The notes beneath the pieces were generated by a model. The model did no database searches. It saw nothing but the letters and a program-made list of their open reading frames with translations, and was not told where the DNA came from. The position numbers were made by a program, and so were the translations under genes. A stretch of DNA of 64,000 nucleotides from Neoechinorhynchus agilis (lineage: Eukaryota > Animalia > Acanthocephala). The DNA is taken from NCBI GenBank assembly GCA_051530055.1, contig CM121341.1, positions 4,256,784 through 4,320,783 on the forward strand, read 5' to 3'. Each line of letters opens with the position of its first letter. Positions within the stretch are counted from its first letter, which is position 1. Of this stretch, positions 1 through 11,666 are shown one piece after another.

Positions 1-692
1 AAATGCGGTCAGCGTCCGGGGGACGATCTCAGCTGTAAAGTAACTAATTAACTTTCTTATAAAATAAAAATTAAACGAGAAAAAAATTGACCAATAGAGC
101 ATTAAACATAATCGTCCACTGTGAGATTGTTCAGAGTTGTCGTTACGAAAAACACCCTTTCAAATATTAAAATCCTTGTTAAAATTTGAGTGCAACGACT
201 TGTTAACGTATGAACATCAAAGTGATTTTTACAATATGTGGAAGTGGGGAAAATTAATTCCTAGATATATAATTATCCCCACTTTCACATACTCATGGAT
301 TTTATCTTTTACCGACTTTTACAAAATCGAATATTTTATGATAAAAAGCTTCAAGTTTCAAAAAAGATACGTACTTCCAAATCTTAATACCTCCGAACAC
401 TAATACCAATTTTGAAATATTTGAGTAATCGGCCGTGGATGAAATCTCCGAATTCAGTTTTGGTCAAGGGCTAGAATTCACCCCCCCTACAGTGGGCTCA
501 TAACAAAATGAGACGAAATATCGCTGATGAGTCCAGTCTTTTCGGGCTGGGTTATCTATTGATCCAGATGGATGATTTTCAAATTATATATATTTTTGAG
601 ATTATTCAAACCTTTTAAGCGGGATCCTCAGGACTTATCAGTGAGTTTCTTGCTTTTGGTTGTACATCCTCGGCGGTAAAGGATTTGAACCC

Positions 693-792
693 GACGAAAT
701 ATTGCTGAAGGATACTCACTGATGAGTCTTGTCTCCTCGAGAGGTGGTATCTGAAGATCCGGGAAGCGGGAATCCTTCAACGATGTTTCGTC
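693..792. repeat. Short foldback, 21-bp imperfect inverted arms
   Basis: gacgaaatattgctgaaggat (693-713) vs atccttcaacgatgtttcgtc (772-792): 3 mismatches, two of them G-U compatible. A related motif sits at 512-534. Confidence 0.7.
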
Positions 793-3609
793 CCCTTTGG
801 TTGTGTTAAGAAACGACCGATTTGATCACATAGCCAGATTGATTAGTCTCAAATTTAAAGAATAAAACAGTCTGAGCCAATTTGCTTTTGATTGAAATAG
901 TATTTATTTCGGCGCATTACTATGAAGAAATCTACTGGATTGGAATTTTTAATCCCGAATTTTTTATATGCTTGCTAACAAACTCTTGATTTAAAAAGAT
1001 CTACGATGACTTAATGCTATAAATTAATTGATTTCAGTCTTTGACTTTTCCCATTGCAGTAGAAAAGAGTTTAAATATACAGCTCTAACCTAATTGGACA
1101 TGAGATTTTTTGACTGTGCGATTTCATGAACGCAATCTAATTATGCATTCATTTGTCTGCTCCTGAAAAGACAAAAGAGAACACGTCGAAAGCTTATGTT
1201 CGTCTTATGACTTGAACTCTAGCTTGTCATATTCTCTTACGTCCTTCTCCTGGCAGCAAAGTTATGATCCTAGAATTATATTAATCAACAAGATAAAATT
1301 ATTAGATGAAAATGTAGTAGTCATAAAGTAACGGATCGTGAAATATTGAATCGATATACGAAATTTCACTAGGAGAAACAACTTTCTCTTTTATCTTCTT
1401 TCGAAATGTCTCAATATTTTCTATCCGGATTAGCATTTGAGAAATCTTTATTTTTCGTACAATTTTTGTACTGGTGGAACGAGAAGTATTCTTTAGAACC
1501 GAATTGTCTGTAAGATTTGATGAATTAGTTCTTTAAATTTGAGGCCGGCTAGGTGGCCTTTTGTTTCTTAACGAACAAAGGATTTTCCATTTTTATGTTT
1601 TCTAAGAACAGTTAAGTCACTTTAACAAATTGAATTTTCACTTAGTAGTGACAGCAAAAAAGTTAGCTCGTTTAAGATGATTTTCTTTTAACCAGTCTAA
1701 AGTTTTTAAGATACGAGATAAACCGTTGTCCTTAAACTCGGAAATCCCGCTTCAATGCATCTTGCCACCCTTTTCATAATCTAAGACACCAACATGTGGA
1801 AAAAGTGTCCAAAAATGAGACCTTCTCGCTTCCTTTGTTTCATACTAACCCAGTGCTCAAACGTTTTGATTTTCTGTCTCCATAATGAGTCTTAGAAAAG
1901 ATCTATAGCACGAATGGAGAACGTGCCACCTAATGGCACATTAGAAAGGTAGATTAAATAATGCAAAGTATTTTGTAAGGTCCAGAAAAGAGAAAGCGCC
2001 GAGCTTATTTTGTTCATAAACCACTAAGATATCCAACTCCATCATCCCGAATGATTTTCTCTCGATGACTGAGAGATGTGTTTCCTTTTGTCATCACACG
2101 CAGTTCTTATTTGCAAATATATCGCTGCTGTTTCCTTCGCGAAATTTCGCCAATCTTGAGCTAATAATAGTTTTTAGCAGGACTCTTATTTTTAACTTTT
2201 TTTAAACCTAAATCCAAACATGCAGTGCTCTTTTAGAGCATCGTTAAAATAGATTTCTTCGTGAAACATTTGAGAAAATATGAAAAACGATATGAAACCA
2301 TTTTTTAATCTTTGCATACACCTCTTTTAGGTCACGAAAACGATAAATCTAAAATATCTTGAAGGTTACTGAATTTTCATTATACGTAAAACTTACCTTT
2401 CATCCTTTTTTCATTTTCAGCTTTAACCTATAGAATCTAAGTTCACAATTCTTTGCCATTCTATCACTGAACATTTTTTAGTGCTGTGAAAATCCCTTTC
2501 TACGGCTAATAATTTTCCTTGGGTATACAGTCGACCGATCTTGGTATCGTAATTTTCATGAAGTGATTAAATCACTTTCTTGGTCCACATCAGCGGTTTG
2601 TTTTCTTAAGGAAAATTATAAGTCGACGAAATTGATGTTCACTACAACATTTAGAGAATAAATGTAGCCGGTTAGCCAGATTTAAGATAAAATAACTCAG
2701 GGATGACTAAAGAAATCTAGAAACAAAGTGTTTGAATTTGCGTCCACACATTGGAATAATCGCTTATTCGCCATCAAATAACTACAATAAATATGCATTC
2801 TATTGAGACCAAGGCATTTCTTTGATTCTCAAACACGGACAGCGTTGCCCTTCTCTGATTCCTTTTCAGATAACCGAAGAAAAGCTTCCTGACGAAGACG
2901 CAAGGCGTCGAAAATTTGAAGCAAGAAATAAATAAAACATCCATTTTCCGTTCGATAATAAATCTGGAACATATATTTCGGTTTCTATATGTGGTTTTTG
3001 ACAGTAACCAGTAGGAAAACCTTTGAGAAACGATTTAATAGTTATACCGGAACGAACCTTTCGCCCGAACTTTTCATTTCGTGTTGCTAAAATCGTTTTG
3101 GAAAGGTGGTCACGGAGTTGAAGAGTTAATTTGTTACACATCAAACAGCATGAGCCATCCACGCAAATCGATGACTTCAGAGGCAGAGTCAGTTCTCGAT
3201 TCTGAGCCTTTTCGGCGTCTTTTTTGTGAGCTGATCTATGAAAAAATACAATGAGAAAAATTCGATGAAAAAGGTATTTTTTTGCTTTCTCTTCTTTACG
3301 TTTCTTAACGCAATTCATGTCCTCTTGCTAGACTTAATGAATTCTCTTTTACTCATAGAGTATAAAGTCTCGTTTTCTCGTCACTTTTTGAGAATACGAG
3401 CGAACAAAAAATTACTACTTATTTAATAAACTAATTAATTAAAGAGATTAATGTTAAGGGGACGAAAAATTGAAAAGATTTGCGTTAAACCATTCTTTGG
3501 ACCCATCGTGTGATTATTCTGGCATAACACAGTCTCATTTTTAAATTCTAATCATAATCACGTTCACTTTATTTTAGCTCAAAAGTGTTCAAATAAATTC
3601 CGGTCGTCT

Positions 3610-4284
3610 TTAAATGTATCGAGGACTTATGCGATAATATTGAAGAAGCATCTTTGAGATGTTTGCGGCTACTCGATTTGTTTTATCTTCATTCAATTCT
3701 GATTTAAGACAGTTCCTGATTCGATAACTAAGATGGTCTTGGTCCATGGGATCGAGGAGGTTCGAAGAAGCTCGATCTGATGAGGATGTGTCGTAAATCT
3801 TACGGTCTAAAAGACTTTTGATCAAACAATCTTCATTGATTGAAGAACTTGATTCGTGGATTGCAGGTTTGAACCATTTATATTTCCTAGCCGAGGGAAT
3901 ACTGTCAAGACTTGTTTGGCCTCTTGACAACATCCCATTACCCTGATCACTATATTCGACTTCACTGTCGGGCATTTGGCTGGTGGATAAAGGCCACATA
4001 GCCATATTCGCTTTCCAATTCGATTCTAAACTAGTATCAATAATATTAACGCTGAAATCAGCTTCCGCTTGGTTTTGTTTTTCCTCATTTAATGCCTCTG
4101 AGAACTTAACTTGTTCTTCGACCCATTTTGAAATCCGATCTTCTTTAACTTCATTGGTACACTCAGTCGGCTTGATGTGTCCGCCATTTAGTCCAGCACT
4201 ACAGTTTCTTGAATCAGCTCGGCGCATAGAAGATGACCGTATTCTGCCCAGCAGCTTGCGAATAAAGTTGGGCATTGTACTCAC
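3610..4284 (-). CDS. Hypothetical Ser-rich protein (orphan ORF, 224 aa)
   Basis: ATG-initiated 224-aa ORF in AT-rich DNA; no family recognised. Confidence 0.35.
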   Translation of the reverse strand: MSTMPNFIRKLLGRIRSSSMRRADSRNCSAGLNGGHIKPTECTNEVKEDRISKWVEEQVKFSEALNEEKQNQAEADFSVNIIDTSLESNWKANMAMWPLSTSQMPDSEVEYSDQGNGMLSRGQTSLDSIPSARKYKWFKPAIHESSSSINEDCLIKSLLDRKIYDTSSSDRASSNLLDPMDQDHLSYRIRNCLKSELNEDKTNRVAANISKMLLQYYRISPRYI

Positions 4285-4886
4285 GGAATATGATTTGAAA
4301 TTTTAGATGGTTTAGTACTAAGCGGTTGCCATGGAAGCGTAAGCCCGAGAAATACTCTTAGATTCAAATTAATATTGCTAATAGCAACCAAACTAAACCG
4401 TTCATGCAACCAAAATACAATCAAATTGTTACTCTTCGGTAAGAGAGCAACGAATTATCTTTTATTTTTAGTAGTGAATTAATTTCTATATACGGTCGAC
4501 TGAGACAAAACAAGCCAATTACATTTATTTCAAAAGCAAAAATTAAACATTTAAAAATCAAAGAATTATTCAAAGGAGAATTATCACTTACTGTTGTAAT
4601 CTTTCACCATTTTTGTGGTATAAATCATGGCAGAGGAAAAAACCGCTTAAAATAACAAAATCTCGTCTTATTCTGTACATGAGTGTTTTAGAGGTTGACA
4701 ATGGAGCGAAAAACTGATGCCGTTCAGATTTTTGTTTGTTTTCAAAGCACAAAAATGATTATAGATGCAAAGTTCCGCTGAAATTCGGGCGCCTCTAGTC
4801 GTTTTCACCGCTGTACGAATGAAGACATCGTAACTGAACCTTTAGAAACGGATAATCTAAACATACTATGTTTTACAAGGAATAAC

Positions 4887-4927
4887 ACAAATTATTGATC
4901 ACAAATTATTGATCACAAATTATTGAT
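4887..4927. repeat. 14-bp minisatellite, ~3 copies (acaaattattgatc)
   Basis: Directly visible tandem copies ~130 bp upstream of the transporter ATG. Confidence 0.85.
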
Positions 4928-5056
4928 TGTATTTGCTTGGATTCAACCACTAAAACGTTCACTTATCCTTGTCTTATCTAAGCATCTCTAAGTTCCGAGC
5001 TGACTTACAACCATTCTTAATTCTACGGTACTGTACCCGAGTTCGAGCGAATTATA

Positions 5057-6143
5057 ATGAGGAGATGGTCCTTCTATGCAACACCAATCATTCTAGCGTT
5101 TCAAAATTCAATTACAACGATCCTTCTCAGACATATGAACTTGAACAAAAATGAATATCCGTACTTAAACATATCTTTCATCATGTTTACAGAGCTACTC
5201 AAACTCTATTTCTGCTTTGTGATGTTCGCATTTAGGCGAGAATCATTAAAAGATTTGGTTAAAAACATGAACCGACTAAACCCATTATCCATTGAAGGTC
5301 TTAAATCCTTTATTCCAGCGATCGGATACAATCTACAAAACTATCTGCTTCTTAAAGCGATCGCTAATCTTGATACAGCTACGTTTCAAGTTCTATACCA
5401 ACTAAAGATATTGAATGCTGCGATATGGCTTCGATTGATGTTAAAAAAACATTTTTCGGTTCTGCAATGGATTACACAGATCAGATTCCGTGAAGTGGAT
5501 TTTCATTTATACACGGAATCGGTTCCATATGCTTGGAGAACTGTTCGGCGGGGTGACATTGGTCCAATTAAACAATGTGGGTCGAACCAAAACAAACGCA
5601 GATATTGATCCCATAGCTGGTTTTCTTTACGTCGTATGCGCTTCCACTTTATCCGGATTTTCAGGCGTTTATACAGAAAAACTGTTGAAAGACTCGACAA
5701 ATCCCGGAACTTGGGCCCGGAATGTGCATCTTTCATTTTATGGATCCTTATTGGCTGGAATAATAGCTGCTATAACGAAAGGAGAAGTGATCAAAAATCA
5801 TGGGATCTTTAATGGATTTGGTCTCCTCACATGGTTTTGCGTATTGAGCCAATCCGTTGGTGGTATTCTTGTCGCTTTAGTTCTTAAATCCCATGACAAT
5901 ATAATAAAAGGATTTACCAATGCTGCATCCCTACTGCTATCAACATTATTGGGTGTCACTTTTTTGGATTCTCAATGTAGCTTGCAGTTCTTTATTGGTC
6001 TTGTGCTTGTCCTCATTAGTATTGTAGTCTATCTTAATTCAGATCATGTGATGAATTGGTTCAAACAGATTCTCCGTTTTATGAATTACGGACCTTCTGA
6101 GGAGACGTTAATATTAGGGCTGGAGGAGCAAACGGCGAATTAA
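5057..6143 (+). CDS. SLC35A: Nucleotide-sugar (UDP-Gal/UDP-GlcNAc-type) transporter, SLC35A family; 2 exons, probable intron 5490-5538
   Basis: Family motifs FQN..., ELLK, IPAIGYNLQNYL, DTATFQVLYQLKIL, GVTLVQL, SGFSGVYTEKLLK, GGILVALVLKSHDNIIKGF. A 49-nt GT..AG intron reconciles the two ORF frames. Confidence 0.88.
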
Positions 6144-6896
6144 TGCTTAGATATCTACAATAAAATCAAGAGTTTATTTTGGATTTTTTGGGATGCGCTA
6201 CTTGTAAACCCCTTCCTCAAAAAAAAGTAATCGTTTGCTAACGGCCTTCAAACTCGACCTAATTGAACAAATCTGACTAATGATTAAAATCGTGTAATGC
6301 GTTTCTAAATCCAGAAAAATTAATCCAATGGAAGCGCAAGTTACTCGTTGATCCACGAATTATATCAACAATATTTAACGGTGCCGAGCAGAGAATCCCA
6401 CAAGCAAAAGATGATTCCTTCCAAAATAAGTACTTGATCTGGTTGAACCCCATTTCTTGTTCTATTTGTAGAAAATCTTATTTACCCAATTCTTGATCCT
6501 AATTTCTTTAAGCATTTGACTGAACAGATCTTTTCTCGTCTATTGTCGCCGCATGTAGAATATCTTTGTGATTTTTTTAACCGAACATGTTCTTAAGAAT
6601 TCCCTGTTGACTTTAATCAAGACGTCCTCCTTCCTTGATGGACGCTAGGTGGCCGACAGTACTATTTGCGAAAAAATAATTTATTTAAACGAGGCCACAT
6701 ACACACTTTAAAAATTAATTTAACAACAATCACAATTTCCGTAAAAGGTGATTGATGCAGAAAAGCAAGATTGAGTCATGGATTGATCTCAAATACCCTA
6801 GTCCTTTCCTGCTGCCTTTAGAAAGATTTAAAAGCTAGAGATCAAGCGCTTGATTTTTCTCCTTGCTTCTTCTTTAGCCCAAATTGAATTTTATCT

Positions 6897-7537
6897 TTAA
6901 AAAACTAGCTTTTTAAAAAAAATATTTAAAGATGATTGCAAAAAGAGTTGAAGCTTATTAACAAAGCTCGGCTCGTGATATAAAGAGTTGATAAAAGCTG
7001 TGATTTTAGAGGGAAAATCGATATTTAAAATTCTGGTGTGTCTTTTAATGTTAAAATGTTTAAGAAATGCAGTAGAATTGATTAGTGAGGTTCTTGGTGT
7101 ATAGGTTTTATTAAGATTAATGATTAAATTGGTTTCCTTTGAACGAGTCGAGCAAAATAACAATGTTTGAAGATTGAATTATTCATGTTTTTATAGGGCG
7201 AAACAAATTAATTGATTGAATTCGATATTTCGGAAAAAACAACGGATTACGGATTCTAAGGTTAACAATTAAAAAACCAGCTTTTTAAAACAAATAAAAT
7301 ATTTAAAGATGATTGCAAAAGGAGTTGAAGCTTATTAACAAAGCTCGGCTCGTGATATAAAGAGTTGATAAAAGCTGTGATTTTACAGGGAAAATCGATA
7401 TTTAAAATTCTGGTGTGTCTTTTAATGTTAAAATGTTTAAGAAATGCAGTAGAATTGATTAGTGAGGTTCTTGGTGTATAAGTTTTATTAAGATTAATGA
7501 TTAAATTGGTTTCCTTTGAACGAGTCGAGCAAAATAA
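6897..7537. repeat. Direct duplication of ~265 bp (6897-7160 and 7269-7537)
   Basis: Near-identical sequence blocks; the ORF track shows the same peptide twice on the minus strand. Confidence 0.85.
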
Positions 7538-7822
7538 AAATATATCATCAACGTCCGAATTTTCTTCACCTTCGTTCTCAATAGGTTCCACTGGTACTTC
7601 ATCTTCATTTACGATCTCACTAGCTTTCCCCTTTGAAAGAGACTTGAAAAAATTATAAATAGCAAAAAAGCCATCGTAAGCAAATCATTTTAAGAATGTC
7701 CTTAAAGTTCAATTGCGTAATGCAGAACACAACAACTATTGAAAATGCCTTAAAAGTGATTTTAAATCTGCGACAGTCCAAATTACAATTTGTTGGTAGC
7801 TTTTTCAAATATATCGTTCCAC

Positions 7823-7914
7823 GCGATTTGCCGGCAGTATTTTATATCCTAGGATTAAAGGAACACAAATTACGGCAAGGAAACCCAATCACAGAACATC
7901 TGATTAATGATGAC
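7823..7914 (+). pseudogene. Relic of the C-terminus of the alkaline-phosphatase-family gene at 14688-15707
   Basis: Encodes DLPAVFYILGLKEHKLRQGNPITEHLINDD vs DILPTVFYLLGLKEHKLWQGKRIKEILIDE; nucleotide similarity visible over ~90 nt, opposite orientation. Confidence 0.7.
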
Positions 7915-8379
7915 AAATTGTTTCGTAAATATTCGAGGTTTTCTTATTTTAATTGCTTAATTTTTGAACCGATCAATCTGGGAAAAACTGGTTGCCAGAA
8001 ATGGATACCATGGAAACCCAAAGAGGTTATTATTGAGTCATAAGATTGAAAAGATGTTACTCAGCCCGGATCTTTCAAATACTCTGATTTTGTTCGGCGA
8101 GTTAGCCGAAAGATGTGTTGATCTCCTTATTGGAATTCTGGATATCATTAAGATCAAAAATCACTTATCTGAGCAAGCGGAATCCATTCATAACTGTGAC
8201 ATTGAATTTGACAGATTTTCCTTTTGTCATCAGGATCATGGATTTAAATATGAATTGGTATTGATTAAGAAACTTTTGAACCTGCCAACGCGCTCAAGGT
8301 AGAATTTTCGCAGAAGCGCGATGGCTGTGCTTTAGAAAATGCCAAAAAGAGAACCAATAATCTCTTAAATCATTTCAAG

Positions 8380-9168
8380 GTGGCTACTAAATTTGACGAA
8401 TCGAAGGAGATACTTGGCATCAGTAGGCAGTTTGAGAAAACAATTAAAGTATTCGAATTAAAGTTGGATTCTCTAAAGAACAAAAAACCAAGCATTCAAG
8501 GGAGCGATCAGCGCCAAATGATCGAACAGATCAAAATGTTCTTGTCTGCCTTTGAAAAAGATGCAAAGTTGGTCATTTGTTATTCGTCTAAACAAATCAA
8601 TGCGACGGATAATTTCAGATTTGTAGCTCCATTGATAGATATGATCGATCTTCTGGAAGGATCAGTAGGTACATTAGAAGCAGTGGTGGCTAAATTGACA
8701 GAAATCGATGGATTTGTGAATCAAAAGAAGAGAGAGACGACCGAACAATCGATTAATCCAATGAGTCGTGAAGAAGTCATGAAAATCAATGCGGAATTAA
8801 ATCGATCAGCTGCCGAACTTGAAGATTATCAGCGTCGGAGGAGTTCCAGTAGCACTTCAACAGCTCGAACCAAATCTGAATTAAAAAACGCAGATTCGAC
8901 GTATCAAGAAATAAAAAGTTATCAGTTGAAGAGAGACGATCAGAATTTTGATGAACAAGGGAGGAAATCAGCAAAGAATGTGCCCGCTGACGTTAAACAG
9001 GAATCAATCACTACGGAAAATTCTGATATTGATAAAATAAAGAAAAATGAACAGAAGGAAGGACAATTAAAAATAGAAAAACAACAAACCGGGCGAAAAA
9101 TATCAAGAATTCGTCGCAAGAAAAGAAAAAGCAGGCCAACTCTCAAAGGCTCTGATCTTTGGAGATAA
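8380..9168 (+). CDS. Hypothetical coiled-coil/charged protein (262 aa; upstream exons possible near 8040-8300)
   Basis: Long open frame with heptad-like, Lys/Glu-rich composition and a basic C-terminus; no family recognised. Confidence 0.4.
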   Translation: MATKFDESKEILGISRQFEKTIKVFELKLDSLKNKKPSIQGSDQRQMIEQIKMFLSAFEKDAKLVICYSSKQINATDNFRFVAPLIDMIDLLEGSVGTLEAVVAKLTEIDGFVNQKKRETTEQSINPMSREEVMKINAELNRSAAELEDYQRRRSSSSTSTARTKSELKNADSTYQEIKSYQLKRDDQNFDEQGRKSAKNVPADVKQESITTENSDIDKIKKNEQKEGQLKIEKQQTGRKISRIRRKKRKSRPTLKGSDLWR

Positions 9169-9751
9169 TATATGGATTCAAATTTTACCATTGCTTTACG
9201 CGTGGCCCTCAAATATAAAAATTATAATTTCACGTGTCATAGATCGAACATACAAAGAATAAAATAATCCTTCTTACAATATGCAAATAATTCGAACTGA
9301 AATTATAAGCTAAAATAATTAAGCGAGTCATTCTGCTGGTTTTAAGCTTTCTAAGACCACTAGCAAATCGCCTTGAATATATTTTGGTTTAGATGCTAAT
9401 TATTTAATTTTTGCTATGTGCCAATTACTCGATAGAGGAAATTTCCAAATTACGGTGATAAAAAATGAATTAAGCCTTGTAAACAACAGTTCTACTTTTT
9501 CTTTTATTGATTTGTGAGTGTCTAATTTGTTTTTAAAATTTAATCAAAAGCTTATGTTAGAGTAGTTTTATAAAGCAACGACTTATTCTTAAATGATTTT
9601 AAATTCATGAAACGAGCAAACGATCACTGAACTGCATAATGTGAATATATTTTGAGCGATTCGATTACAGATTCGGTTTTCATTGTTGAAAAATTAACGT
9701 GTTAGCTAAAATTTAGAGGTATCAAATGGATCAACGGTTCAAGGAAAACTG

Positions 9752-10370
9752 AGAATTGATTTTCAGCGGTCGAAAACTCACTTAAAACAAAAATTTAACT
9801 GTTCATTGCTCACGTCTTTTAAGTTTACTTTTCTTTACATTCACCACCTCCCACCAAATTCCAGCTTTTGTCCTTCCTCGACCGTCGCCATCACGCTGGC
9901 AGCATTGCCCCGTTGTACTGCCAGCGAGATATTTTGTCGAAGAAATAAGCCTGCTCTTGAGTCTCCGGTTGCCTCTCTCAATTTCTTCGAGAGATCCTTG
10001 AGCAGAGAGAGTGCCGAGCTGCCGAGCGCTCCATACGTCTCTACCCCAAAGGGGACAAAATAGTGAGCCCTCGATAGCTGCATATATTTTCGTACCTTCC
10101 TCCCTTCCGCTGCACTGGCGGCACCACCGGCGATTTCGAGGGATATAAGAATTAATGAAAAGGATTTCATTGGAGACGAATTTAAACTCAAAATGATGCT
10201 CACTTCAAACCTTTCCTTGAGCACCGTCTTTATCCATCATCATTTTGAGATTCAATTCGTTTCCAATGAACCCTTCTTCACTACACCTTATATCAATCCC
10301 AATAGACGGGAATATTTAACAGCTTGCTTTTTGTTTTAAGTGAGTTTTCGAGCACCGAAAACGAATTCTT
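9752..10370. mobile_element. Putative non-autonomous TIR element enclosing a CRE-retroelement fragment
   Basis: Perfect 24-bp inverted repeat 9770-9793 / 10328-10351, extending imperfectly to ~42 bp; no clear TSD. Confidence 0.5.
9841..10140 (-). mobile_element. 5'-truncated CRE-clade non-LTR retrotransposon (restriction-like endonuclease C-terminus)
   Basis: AEGRKVRKY...FVPFGVETYG...LRQNISLAVQRGNAASV matches the RLE tail of the near-intact element at 47951-50700. Confidence 0.88.
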
Positions 10371-11343
10371 GATTTTCCTAGAAACTTCGATCCATTTGAT
10401 ATTTTAACTTAGATTACCGTCAAAATCAGCAAATGATTAAAAATGTTCCGTTCATTTTGAATATTTCCAACGGAGAAGCGAGCCAATGAACTCAAAGCAA
10501 GTTTTTTCCTTTAATTGACGAACACACTTTAAAGAACGCGAAATTTGATTTTGTATAACTCGAATTACTAAATCATTGAAGTGGTTCGGTTCAAAACTAA
10601 TGAGAATTTCTGCATCAGTTGATAGGTCATTAGAAAAATTGTAGCTTCCATCAAAACATAACAAAAATTCAAGTCCCAAGGAATATTTCCAAAACGAAAA
10701 TGAAGACTAAACTGCAGACAATATATTGTTATCAACTACTCCAGAATAAAATTTTAAATCAAATATTAGACAAATTTCTTAAATATTAACAACTTAATAA
10801 GAAGTCTTCAATTGTTTTAAGCCTTTCAGTCCCAAAACAATTTTCTTCGACGTCGTAAACTCAAAAACAAGCCCCGTATTCGGGGTATAAAAGATGCTCG
10901 TGTTTGACTAAACATTGACTAATGCATAACGTTCTCAAGGATCGTATTTATCTACTTCTTCATTCATTATAGCTTTTTGGATTAAGACTTCGTTGTTATG
11001 GAAATGTAAACATTTAATAATTCAATGTAATCGTTAATATTGTCAATTGCATGGATGCTCAGTCGGGTTTTTAATATTTCTAGAATTTAAAATATTTTTT
11101 CTCCAGGATATATTTGACAGCTAAAGAACTTTTATGTTCGTTTTAAAGGTTTTAATGTAAACTCTCAAATGCTGGTACTTAGACATGTAATATAAATCCA
11201 CGATGTGTTAAAACTTGTTTCGCAAAAGGACTGGGGGCTTTAAATCATCAATGATCCAGCGCAATCTCTACGTCTCTAGATATTTTTTTCTATAAAATTT
11301 AGTGTTTGAAGATTGAACTGTTCATATTGGTTGTTTTATGGCG

Positions 11344-11416
11344 CGACGAAATTAAAATGATTTTATTTTCAATAATCTGATATTTCGAAGGCAATAAAAT
11401 CATTTTAATTTCTTCG
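11344..11416. repeat. Foldback with 24-bp arms (1 mismatch)
   Basis: cgacgaaattaaaatgattttatt ... aataaaatcattttaatttcttcg. Confidence 0.8.
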
Positions 11417-11666
11417 AACTAGAAAACACCAATAACGTTTAGTTCAATTTTTATCAAACAATTCGAATCATCAATACCATATTCAAAATTGTAGATATTT
11501 GATAGCTTCCGAAAAATTTGGATGATTTGTATAATGCATTAATTTAAATCACATTGCGTTTCAGATTTAACTTGGATAATTTAAAGTTCGTCAATTTTTT
11601 TATAGATAACTGTTTGGACTATTTTGCACAATAACAATCATTATTGAAAAATTATATCGGTCAATA

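Noticed and set aside
512-728. Complete hammerhead ribozyme
   Set aside because: Core words are present, but there are too few nucleotides between GAAA and CTGATGA to form stems III and I; kept only as a low-interest remnant.
2866-3318. 150-aa minus-strand ORF as a gene
   Set aside because: Its N-terminus derives from low-complexity A/T runs and no motif was recognised.
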